From a virus: a stretch of 64,000 nucleotides of DNA. Shown here piece by piece: positions 17,132-25,242 of this stretch (position 1 is the first letter of the stretch; each line of letters opens with the position of its first letter). The stretch lies in the IMG/VR virus record IMGVR_UViG_3300029953_000001; one strand, given 5' to 3'. The notes under the pieces were generated by a model. It worked only from the letters and a program-made list of their open reading frames with translations. It was not told where the DNA came from and did not search any database. The translations under genes were made by a program, and so were the position numbers.

Positions 17132-17430
17132 ATTAGCCCCTCTTTTTGAATATGACGAGCGGCTCGAATAATGTACGAGATAAATTCAGCATAGGGAGTA
17201 TCGTTCTTAGCGTATTGACACTCAGAACAACATGAGACCACGTTTAGTTCGGTGTAACCAAGACTGCTATCTTTCCTGTCCACTCCATTGCATGTGGTTT
17301 TTATTTCCCGGTTCCCTTTCCATGATTTCTTAACTCGTTCACGAGGAGGACGCGAGGTTGGTTTTGGTCTTGGCACGGTGGCGGCTGTGGATGAATTTCT
17401 TCGCACCAGCAACATCCCTGCGTTCTCCAC
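17128..17430 (-). CDS. HNH-like endonuclease motif protein (catalytic His position occupied by Arg)
   Basis: CNGVDRKDSSLGYTELNVVSCCSECQYAKND aligns to HNH consensus vDHIiP.s.GG.d..NLq.lC..CN..K with H->R. Confidence 0.4.
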   Translation of the reverse strand: MENAGMLLVRRNSSTAATVPRPKPTSRPPRERVKKSWKGNREIKTTCNGVDRKDSSLGYTELNVVSCCSECQYAKNDTPYAEFISYIIRAARHIQKEGLM

Positions 17431-17498
17431 GCTTCCCGTTGCAGTAGTCCTTACCGGGAGGCGGGAACTTGATGTCAGCCTTGCCGTCTGTGCGGTGG

Positions 17499-17687
17499 TT
17501 AGTCTTGCTCATGTGGCCACGCATCCTCGGACTTGAGAAGGTCGATGAGTTCTTTGGCTAACTCAATCTGTCCGTCATGGTATCCATCATCGTACACGTC
17601 CTCAATATCGGACGAGGTCTCATTGATGTTGCAGGGCGTCTTCTCAGCCCAATACTTCAGCATCGTTACCAGCTTTGCATTCGTCAT
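17499..17687 (-). CDS. Small acidic hypothetical protein (62 aa)
   Basis: ORF only. Confidence 0.35.
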   Translation of the reverse strand: MTNAKLVTMLKYWAEKTPCNINETSSDIEDVYDDGYHDGQIELAKELIDLLKSEDAWPHEQD

Positions 17688-17690
17688 AAG

Positions 17691-17987
17691 TTAGTCCGTA
17701 TCCAGATTGTGTTCGCCGCACTTGGGGCACGCTGGCCACTTGCCTCCGTTAGCCGCGATAGCTTTCTTCCAGCTTGCGTGCGTCCACCACTTCTGAGTGA
17801 ATGGAGCCGAGAGCCGCCAGTAGATGCACCTAGCCAACACGACCCAACTGAATTCCTTCTTCTCGGTTCGCACCATCTTGGGAAACCAGAGCCACTTGAT
17901 GTCGCTCATCAGGACGGTGAAGGGGTTGTAGCTGGAAGTCCAGAAATCGTCTTGTTCCCACGGGCAGCTATGACAGTGTATGTACAT
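17691..17987 (-). CDS. Zinc-ribbon protein (98 aa; CHSCPW...CPKCGEH)
   Basis: Two C-x2-C pairs at termini; preceded by degenerate copy of conserved leaderless promoter motif. Confidence 0.5.
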   Translation of the reverse strand: MYIHCHSCPWEQDDFWTSSYNPFTVLMSDIKWLWFPKMVRTEKKEFSWVVLARCIYWRLSAPFTQKWWTHASWKKAIAANGGKWPACPKCGEHNLDTD

Positions 17988-18045
17988 ACCCTATAATACG
18001 CAACCTTGGCTTATAACCGCACAACAGAATATGCTTGTGGTTACG

Positions 18046-18420
18046 TTACTTACTCCAAGTGATGCCTAGTCTAGCGAGGAAGGTACGGTCGTCCATACTG
18101 ATGCAGTGCTTCTTGACACATACTTTACACTGGCATTTGAGGTCAAGAGCGTGCCCGGTCTTCTGAGCACGCGGCGTGGCTCTTACTTGACCAACGACGC
18201 CAATAACAGGGATGGCAAACGGTACCTTCATCTTCAGCGGGAACGCACCGGACTCGACAAAACGCTTATGTGCCACTGCAAGGGGAGCCATACGCTGGGC
18301 AAACTCTGCGTTAGAAATCATCTTCTTCGAGACATCCGAGTACAACTGGTACACCGCTTTGATGTGCTCGGTCAATTGCTGTTGAGAAGGTACCTGTTCC
18401 ATATCTATCAATACCGCCAT
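18046..18420 (-). CDS. Hypothetical protein (124 aa)
   Basis: ORF only. Confidence 0.45.
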   Translation of the reverse strand: MAVLIDMEQVPSQQQLTEHIKAVYQLYSDVSKKMISNAEFAQRMAPLAVAHKRFVESGAFPLKMKVPFAIPVIGVVGQVRATPRAQKTGHALDLKCQCKVCVKKHCISMDDRTFLARLGITWSK

Positions 18421-18575
18421 ATGTTACTTGGTTGTGGTTAGACAGCCGGTGACGCCTGATGTACGAGTAGGATGCGTGGGCTACGAGACCTATCCGGCAG
18501 CGAGGTCTTTCTCGAAAGCAATGAAGTTTGCAAACATAAATATGTCCCCCTAATTAGGGGGACGATATCTACGAA

Positions 18576-19970
18576 TTATCGGGTTGTAAGCGTCACAGCT
18601 ACCTTAGGCTTTTTCTTCACAAACGCGACGGCAAGCTGCTTCAACCGGTTACGGGCCTTGTTGAATTCCTTCTGGCTCATGCCAATCTCGTGGCCTTCGT
18701 GAAGCCCCTCCCTGACATCCTTAGTGGTTGCAAGCTTCTTGCAGGTCTGGCAGAACTCCTTCACTGTATCCGTCGCACTACCCGCCACATAGACAGCTTC
18801 AAGAACAGGAAACACATCCGGGTCAGTGTCATGCACATACTCGATGAACTTATGCGCAAAGAAACTGGTCTCAGCCTTCTTTTCCTCTCGGTGGGTAGCT
18901 TCAGTTAGGTAGCTCGACTTAGAGTAAGCGTACTCGTCAGTTACTTCACCGCGACTATCCGGGTTAGTCTCAGCTACCAAGGATACGTTACCAACCAGAC
19001 AGACAGGGTTTTTTTGCCGCTTACCAAAGATGGTATTGAACTTGTTGGTGAGACAATAGTTGACATAACTCCGCCAGCGGCGTTCGCTGGCTCCGTACTG
19101 AGCGAAGGGGTCGAAGGTCTGGATGACATCCTCCTTACCTGCCAAACGGTGCTTGGAGGTCTGAGGCAGATACTTCATGTGAATAATGAGTTCCTGCACC
19201 CAGTCTTCAATGTCTTCCTCAATACCCTTACCGCCCAGCCGCCGTCGCACCCAGTTTTCAAGATAACGGGGGTAGCGTTCAAAAAACTCGCTGAAGTTCT
19301 TCGGCACAACAAACCCGTCGTCACCAATGAATTGACCGCCTTCACTGATGTAGAAGTTGTCCCCCCTGTAGCCTTCACGCGCTGCCAGAGTAGCTTCCTT
19401 GGGAGTCTCGACTTCTACTACGACTGGATTGTTGGGCTGGCTTTGACTATCAGCCTCCGTAGCGGTCGAAGACTCGCAGGGAGTAGACTGGGTGATACCC
19501 TTCTTAGCTGACCATCGGGTCTTTTGTGCTTTCGAAATGCGCTCCTTGACCTCAGGACTCAGGTTACGAGTACGAGTCAACCAACGAGCCTTCTGAGAGT
19601 CGGAAATGCGCTTCCGAGCCTCAGGGCTAAGCTGACGCTTCTGTACCTTAGGCTCCGACGAAACTAAAGTAGAAGGTACAGCCCCGATACGAGCCAGTAC
19701 CTGACTGGTGATGGGCTCCAAAAGCTGAGCAGTGATAGTCTCAGCGAGGTAATTGAGGACGACCTTAAAAGCCGTATCAACTGATTCATTAGGAACAATA
19801 TTTGGTGTCTCTTTGGAGCCGACTGTCGAAGTTTCGACTTTGATTTCCGGCAACAGGTCAGGTACGCTATTCGAAACTGTAGACTGATGCATCCTGCCTC
19901 CACGGCAAAACAAAACCCACGGGTTGGTGGGACTAAGGGTTTCAACACTTCCACTACAATACCGCCGCAA
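18576..19970 (-). CDS. Hypothetical protein with two NUMOD3-like DNA-binding repeats and C-terminal alpha-helical domain (probable start at internal Met, ~19895)
   Basis: Repeats LSPEARKRISDSQKARW and LSPEVKERISKAQKTRW match NUMOD3 consensus (s.E.r.KIS.a.kg); no nuclease motif seen. Confidence 0.5.
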   Translation of the reverse strand: MRRYCSGSVETLSPTNPWVLFCRGGRMHQSTVSNSVPDLLPEIKVETSTVGSKETPNIVPNESVDTAFKVVLNYLAETITAQLLEPITSQVLARIGAVPSTLVSSEPKVQKRQLSPEARKRISDSQKARWLTRTRNLSPEVKERISKAQKTRWSAKKGITQSTPCESSTATEADSQSQPNNPVVVEVETPKEATLAAREGYRGDNFYISEGGQFIGDDGFVVPKNFSEFFERYPRYLENWVRRRLGGKGIEEDIEDWVQELIIHMKYLPQTSKHRLAGKEDVIQTFDPFAQYGASERRWRSYVNYCLTNKFNTIFGKRQKNPVCLVGNVSLVAETNPDSRGEVTDEYAYSKSSYLTEATHREEKKAETSFFAHKFIEYVHDTDPDVFPVLEAVYVAGSATDTVKEFCQTCKKLATTKDVREGLHEGHEIGMSQKEFNKARNRLKQLAVAFVKKKPKVAVTLTTR

Positions 19971-20209
19971 TCGTCATTGGACAAACAAAAAACGGTTTAC
20001 CGAAGCTTAAATTAGAGCTTCAGTAACCGTTTTAGACCGCACTCAGTTGTTGACTCAACCAATACTTCACCCTCTACCCAAGACGATTACAACGTAGACT
20101 GAAATTCTTCCCGGCTGAAAGGGGGAGCATCATCCACGTGTAGATTGGTTGTACTCTTATCTAAGACTGAAGTCAAGGGGGAGGTGGAAAGAAAAATTAG
20201 GGGTGAAAC

Positions 20210-20398
20210 TCAGTCGTCTTCGCAGCCATTAATGTTGACTTGTACATCGGCTAGACCCCGCTTCAGGCGGGACCTGAAAACTTCGGGAGGGAGTCTGGAT
20301 ACCTGCTGATCGAAACGAGCGAGTGTGTCCTCAAGTGTAACACGACTCGTGAGGATAGCGAGAATCGGGGTGTTTCCTGAGAACTTATCTACTGCCAT
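20210..20398 (-). CDS. Small hypothetical protein (62 aa)
   Basis: ORF only. Confidence 0.35.
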   Translation of the reverse strand: MAVDKFSGNTPILAILTSRVTLEDTLARFDQQVSRLPPEVFRSRLKRGLADVQVNINGCEDD

Positions 20399-20438
20399 AG
20401 ATTTTCATCCTTTAATAAGGGCATTCATATTGGAATTT

Positions 20439-20840
20439 TTATTCACGTAGAGCCCCGATCAACTGTTCCACGACACGTTGGAACCCATTCATAATAGTCA
20501 ACTGGTTGGCTGAAAGCACCCTCTGCTCCACCGCCATCTCCCGAATTAGGTTAAACTGTTCATGATGAACGTCTGCTTGTGTCTTGACGCTTTCCGCCAG
20601 TTGATGAACTGACTCCACGAGTTTATCCTGAGCAGCAGATTGTGCCTGTATGAGCCTTTTTAGGTCTTGGTTGCTCTCTGCGATGACCTTGGTGTTAGCA
20701 TCGACCGTCGTTTTGAAAGTCATAATTTGTACTTGTGACCAAATGAAAAGTCCCACACAAATGAAGGCCGAACCAGTTGCGGCACCGTATTGCCAGATGG
20801 GCGTAAGAGGATTTGTGGCTTGAAGCAGCATCATAAGCAT
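20439..20840 (-). CDS. N-terminal TM helix + coiled-coil protein (i-spanin-like topology, speculative)
   Basis: Hydrophobic stretch AFICVGLFIWSQVQI followed by heptad-rich region. Confidence 0.45.
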   Translation of the reverse strand: MLMMLLQATNPLTPIWQYGAATGSAFICVGLFIWSQVQIMTFKTTVDANTKVIAESNQDLKRLIQAQSAAQDKLVESVHQLAESVKTQADVHHEQFNLIREMAVEQRVLSANQLTIMNGFQRVVEQLIGALRE

Positions 20841-20902
20841 GTGACATTGACCCTCGGAAGAAATACACGACTACACTTATGAGTTGGGTATTGAGTATTT
20901 TC

Positions 20903-23900
20903 CTAACGGCCTCTCCTATGGAAGGGGTTTCGGACTACATCACCCATAGAACTTTCCGTAATTCTTTGAATTTTTCGCATCCGCTCAAGAATCTGGAGGT
21001 CCCGCAAGATAACACCGTCCATATTAATGATAGCCCCTGAAGGGAGGTTCATTTGCTGTGCGATGAGTAGTGACTGACCGGAGGGGTCAATTTTCAAACC
21101 ACCTTCTTCCATGAGCCACTTTTGAGCCTTCCATGCACAGAGTTGAGCCGCGTCCACCATGTCATCATGGCTACCCTTTTCAAGCGGAGCCGCGACCCGA
21201 ATCTGGTACTTGTTAACGTACTCAGCTTCGACCAACCGCAGTTCCTTGAGGAACTTTGGAACGTAGGGGAACCGGCAGCGGGTATCGCGGACATAACCTT
21301 GGAGCACGAAAGCCATCTGTGAGTTCAATGTCGCCGTGAGGTTCACGAGTTCAATGTTGTGAATCTTGTTGAGTTCGAGCAACTGCACAAGCTGCTGTCC
21401 CCCGTGTTGGTCGGTTGCACCACGCCAGCAGGGCATCAGTACATTCAGAGCCTTGAGCCACGCTAGGATGTCTTCCAGCGGGAGAGCCTTGAATCCGACG
21501 TACTTCTCCAATCCCTGTATGTGTCCCACACCGGGGCCTTCAAACTTCTCCCCGACCATCATACGGTCGATGTAGTCATAGACCAAGTGAATCGGCTGTG
21601 AACCCCCGACATACTCCAAGTGGCCGATTGCGACCGCCGTAGCGTCATGACTCATACCCAAGTCGATTGCCCAGAAATACTGGCGACCGATGTCCTTGGG
21701 ATGGAAGTGAGACAGGTTGAACCGAGCAGAAGTTTCGTCGGGCTCTTCAAAACCACCATTCGTCTTGACATACTTCACATCAGTGCAAGCCTGAATTTGT
21801 GCTTCAGTCAAGTACGATTCAGAAGACTCAAGGAAGTTACCCCCGTATTCAGCCTTGAACGTGAGTGGGTTCTTGGTATACTCCGAACGCAGGGTTTCGG
21901 ACAGGATGGTAGGGTTCATCTCCGCTGTGGATAGCCGGATGGTGAATACCTTAGTCTCCTTCGCACCACGCTCCATGGCGTCCTTGTGAATGTCGAACAT
22001 CTTACCGACCTTCGTCCAAGGGCTGGAGATGGAAAGCACAAGAGAGTCTTGGAAGGATTTGTATTCCTCCGGCTTCATAGTGGCCGCAGCGACGAGTTGG
22101 TCTACCCAGCCGCCCTTGAGGTCTTCCGCGTGCTTGAAGTTGACTGTAGACGGCGTGGCGGCTCCGTAGACCTCATCTGAGGATGAGCCCTTGGAGGAAC
22201 GGAAGTGAGCGAACTCGTCCAGAGCGAGGAAGATATTCGAAGGGCCACGGACGGCATTGGTTGTGCTGGCGTAGCTTTTGACGTTAATGGACGGAGTAAC
22301 GTCACGCTTGTGACGGTCAGCTTCAGACACGAAGCCCATCCATGATGAACTGGAAGCCTTCAGATACGGGTTGAAGAAAGGAGCCCGGTTGATGTCTTCG
22401 CGGAGCTTGTCGTAGAGACGGTTGGCACCCTCTTCGTCCTGAGCCATGAATGTGAAGTCGATGTGCGACCCGGCGATGAGGCCGAAGTATTCCTGAGGCG
22501 ACCGGATGTTTAGCAGTTTGTAGAGCTTGTAGGCACCGATGGCGGACACTACCTGAGAGTTGTGGGTGACATTGAAGTTCTTGCCGAACAAATACAGACT
22601 GGTAGGGTTGGTAGTGGTAATACACCGCATGGGCATCCTACCGACAGGTTGAATGTCAGTGATGAACCTCCATTTTTGAGTGGAGTTTACTGTACTAGGG
22701 AGTTCTGCCAATTTCCTTGGAAGACGGAAGACCGGTAGGGTGCCTGTCCATGTTACCCTGTATTTCTCGCCGCAATCCCGGTCATTTAGGATAGCTCTGC
22801 CCTCCCCCCAATAGGGTTTCAGTCCGAGTGAAGCAGCGAGGTGGTATACCCCCTCCGCCAAACTACGATTTGTGTTTGTGAAGTCACATCGGCTGCGGCT
22901 GCAACTCCCATCTGTGTCCATCAGCCCCTGCAACAGAGATAACCTTTGCGGCTCGGACGCCCATAGATATTGATGAGGGATGTGCTTGTTCTTCAAGACT
23001 CCAAGTTGACGCAAGGGAGAGAACAACCCCAGTACGTGCCACCGAGTGGGTGCTTTCTCGTTTTGGTAGAAAGTCATACCCGCCGATTCAAAGTAGGGTA
23101 GTATCTTGTCTGCATCTTCTGGGGCAGCGGTGATAATCCCGCAATCGCTATTTCCATCCCCCAGCCATACCCCCAAACAGTAAGGGTCGAGAAGCAGGTC
23201 AATGTCAGGACAGGTTACTGCCTTTGCAAGTGGGATGCAGTGGTTTGTTTCCTGTTTCTTACCCACCCTTAGAGTAGCTAGGAGTTCTTCGGTAGTGCGC
23301 GTAGTGCCCCCAATGGCGTGCTTAGAACACTTGGCGGCTTTCCGGTCAACCTTGGTTAGGGTGTTCCACAGGTGACCGCCATGGGCGAATACGTGTGTAC
23401 CATCATCAAAGGAGACCTTGAACGCCTCTAACTCTTCAACTGGATGAGCGTACTTTACTTTGTAAACCTGTCCATCCTCACCGAATACGGCGTCTCCTTC
23501 TTCTAAATCGCCGTTTCGCTTACATCCATCTGGTGTTGGGATAGGCTCATCAACGTGAAGCATCTTCCCGCCACGCCGACCCGCAAAAATCGCCGCCTCT
23601 GTGAAGCCCCTCTCCGGCATGTCCCGCCAGTCATTGACGTTGCAACGTCCTTCTTCATGAAGGATATGCAGGCACTCTTCCTCGCTGCACTCGCGAACAG
23701 GGTTCTCGCGGAACACATCCCACATCTGTACCTTAATAGGAGCGAAGTCAATTGGAACTGCGAAGATACACTTCACAATCAACCGCTGAAGCGGGTACAG
23801 TTTAATGTTCAGACCTTGTGGTGACTCGATAAATTCAATGGCATTGAGAAGTTTACTCGCATCTTCTATGGCTCCATCTATGACTTTTCCAAAAACACTA

Positions 23901-23938
23901 CTGTCTGTCGGTTTTGTAAAACGTTGCCCACGGGCCAT
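20903..23938 (-). CDS. terL: Terminase large subunit (ATPase + nuclease) interrupted by an intein
   Basis: Extein Walker A reconstituted as AGRRGGK|S across intein; Walker B-like LALDEFAHF; terminase-size C-extein (~550 aa); intein with Hint blocks and two LAGLIDADG motifs. Confidence 0.85.
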   Translation of the reverse strand: MARGQRFTKPTDSSVFGKVIDGAIEDASKLLNAIEFIESPQGLNIKLYPLQRLIVKCIFAVPIDFAPIKVQMWDVFRENPVRECSEEECLHILHEEGRCNVNDWRDMPERGFTEAAIFAGRRGGKMLHVDEPIPTPDGCKRNGDLEEGDAVFGEDGQVYKVKYAHPVEELEAFKVSFDDGTHVFAHGGHLWNTLTKVDRKAAKCSKHAIGGTTRTTEELLATLRVGKKQETNHCIPLAKAVTCPDIDLLLDPYCLGVWLGDGNSDCGIITAAPEDADKILPYFESAGMTFYQNEKAPTRWHVLGLFSPLRQLGVLKNKHIPHQYLWASEPQRLSLLQGLMDTDGSCSRSRCDFTNTNRSLAEGVYHLAASLGLKPYWGEGRAILNDRDCGEKYRVTWTGTLPVFRLPRKLAELPSTVNSTQKWRFITDIQPVGRMPMRCITTTNPTSLYLFGKNFNVTHNSQVVSAIGAYKLYKLLNIRSPQEYFGLIAGSHIDFTFMAQDEEGANRLYDKLREDINRAPFFNPYLKASSSSWMGFVSEADRHKRDVTPSINVKSYASTTNAVRGPSNIFLALDEFAHFRSSKGSSSDEVYGAATPSTVNFKHAEDLKGGWVDQLVAAATMKPEEYKSFQDSLVLSISSPWTKVGKMFDIHKDAMERGAKETKVFTIRLSTAEMNPTILSETLRSEYTKNPLTFKAEYGGNFLESSESYLTEAQIQACTDVKYVKTNGGFEEPDETSARFNLSHFHPKDIGRQYFWAIDLGMSHDATAVAIGHLEYVGGSQPIHLVYDYIDRMMVGEKFEGPGVGHIQGLEKYVGFKALPLEDILAWLKALNVLMPCWRGATDQHGGQQLVQLLELNKIHNIELVNLTATLNSQMAFVLQGYVRDTRCRFPYVPKFLKELRLVEAEYVNKYQIRVAAPLEKGSHDDMVDAAQLCAWKAQKWLMEEGGLKIDPSGQSLLIAQQMNLPSGAIINMDGVILRDLQILERMRKIQRITESSMGDVVRNPFHRRGR
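22559..23563 (-). mobile_element. Intein (~335 aa) with double LAGLIDADG homing-endonuclease domain inserted in TerL P-loop
   Basis: Begins immediately after GK of Walker A; LGVWLGDGNS and LLQGLMDTDGS (LAGLIDADG x2); C-terminal block G ...FNVTHN followed by +1 Ser; block F has Cys (MRCITT) at canonical Asp position; Trp in block B region. Confidence 0.75.
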
Positions 23939-24007
23939 TCAACATTCCTCTACTAGAAGAGGACAATATTGGCGAAATTACTGGAAATTTTTTAGGAAGA
24001 AAATCCC

Positions 24008-24038
24008 GTTGCAATTTGTGTGGAGTCTCTGGTATAAT
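24008..24038 (+). promoter_or_regulatory. Sigma-70-like promoter TTGCAA-N19-TATAAT (contains TTGTGTGG-N9-TATAAT) upstream of lone plus-strand gene
   Basis: Seen in sequence in divergent intergenic region between terL start and 24148 ORF. Confidence 0.4.
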
Positions 24039-24147
24039 TGGAGGATGCGGCTCGACTAGAATTTGCCAAAAAGAAGTAAGGCCACTAACCGCTCATGGCG
24101 GGGTCTGAACGGGAGCCTCAATTCTATGTCGGGCACTTGAGGGAGGG

Positions 24148-24390
24148 GTGATGGGTGGTATTGCCCCTCCCACTCACCTTTTTGGAGGAACTATGGCGAA
24201 GAGAGTATGGCAATGCGATTCATGCAAGAAGGCGAATGAACAGGAACCATGGGAGTGCCCCGGATGTGGGAACGAAACGTGTGACTCCTGCTTCGACCGT
24301 TATGCTCATTGCAGAGCGTGCTCTATGAACAAGCGTGATGAGGACTTACGGCTGGCAGCTAACGCTGCTGGGTACGACTTCGAAGCCTAA
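24148..24390 (+). CDS. Cys-rich zinc-ribbon protein (likely start MAKRVWQCDSCKK at ~24193)
   Basis: Four C-x2-C pairs (CDSC, CPGC, CDSC, CRAC); only plus-strand gene in a long minus-strand block. Confidence 0.5.
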   Translation: MMGGIAPPTHLFGGTMAKRVWQCDSCKKANEQEPWECPGCGNETCDSCFDRYAHCRACSMNKRDEDLRLAANAAGYDFEA

Positions 24391-24773
24391 CGACCGAGTT
24401 TCGCCAGAACATCACGGGCGTGAGCTTGAGCGTTCTTGAACTCAGAATCCCAGTTGGTTGCTGCTGCCTTTTTGGCAGGGATAGACCCGCCCCGCTGGAA
24501 GACACCAGAGGTTGTAGGAACACGACGTAGGGACGCGGAGACTGGTAAGGCACGGTGGGAGGTCTCGTCCACATCTTCGCCAGCTTCGATGGCCATCTCT
24601 TTGAGGGCTGATTGCACGGCAGCACGCTCTTCAGGAGAAGCGGTAGGTTCTACCGCCTCCAGAAGGTCATCAAAGCCGTCATCGGCATCAGCTTCAACGT
24701 CGATGAGGCTCAGGTGTTCCTGCCATGAGACCGAAGCTGTATCCGTTTTTACCCCACGACGTAGGTTAGCCAT
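24387..24773 (-). CDS. Hypothetical protein (128 aa); candidate terminase small subunit by position only
   Basis: Located immediately upstream of terL in transcription direction; no motif. Confidence 0.4.
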   Translation of the reverse strand: MANLRRGVKTDTASVSWQEHLSLIDVEADADDGFDDLLEAVEPTASPEERAAVQSALKEMAIEAGEDVDETSHRALPVSASLRRVPTTSGVFQRGGSIPAKKAAATNWDSEFKNAQAHARDVLAKLGR

Positions 24774-24785
24774 TCAGTGGAATCC

Positions 24786-25154
24786 TCAACTCAGCGGTAC
24801 TACTTCAATAGCTCCGTTAACAATCTGCAACTCATAGTTCGTTCCAGTAGTCGCATCTGTTATTGGTATGCTGGTATTACCCGTAGATGTCCCTGAGAAC
24901 AAGTTCTCCATGTCTGCCATAAACGCCTGAGCCACCGCATCATAAAGTATGTGAGGTTGAGAATTGGTGTTACCCGTGGTGGCGGCGTAGTATATCCAAA
25001 CCTGATTATGATTCAACAGAGTTTCTATTCTCTGTATAGCATTAATCTCAAGCATCATTTCCAAACCTTGGGGCGAAATGTCCGGGTCTGGTTTGTACCA
25101 CCAAAGAGAGGTGGTGAATGTAGGATTAAGTTGAAACCCAGATTGATTCGCCAT
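24786..25154 (-). CDS. Hypothetical protein (122 aa)
   Basis: ORF; no motif. Confidence 0.45.
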   Translation of the reverse strand: MANQSGFQLNPTFTTSLWWYKPDPDISPQGLEMMLEINAIQRIETLLNHNQVWIYYAATTGNTNSQPHILYDAVAQAFMADMENLFSGTSTGNTSIPITDATTGTNYELQIVNGAIEVVPLS

Positions 25155-25242
25155 TTACTCCGCCTTCTCCTTGCGCTTTCCAACTGAATTGAATTGATTT
25201 GATCTGATTTACCCTTGTTACAACGAGTTGTCTGAAAGGGCG

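Noticed and set aside
17339-17524. Idea that ORF 17339..17524 and 17128..17430 together form a frameshifted HNH endonuclease
   Set aside because: The putative H…DG segment in one frame and the NL..C..CN..K segment in the other are ~80 codons apart. That is far longer than HNH motif spacing, and the second frame alone already aligns to the full HNH core with H->R.
24436-24837. Plus-strand ORF 24436..24837 as an alternative to 24387..24773
   Set aside because: It is fully antisense to the minus-strand ORF that continues the minus-strand operon toward terL. Its translation is Ser/Arg/Ala-rich and shadow-like.
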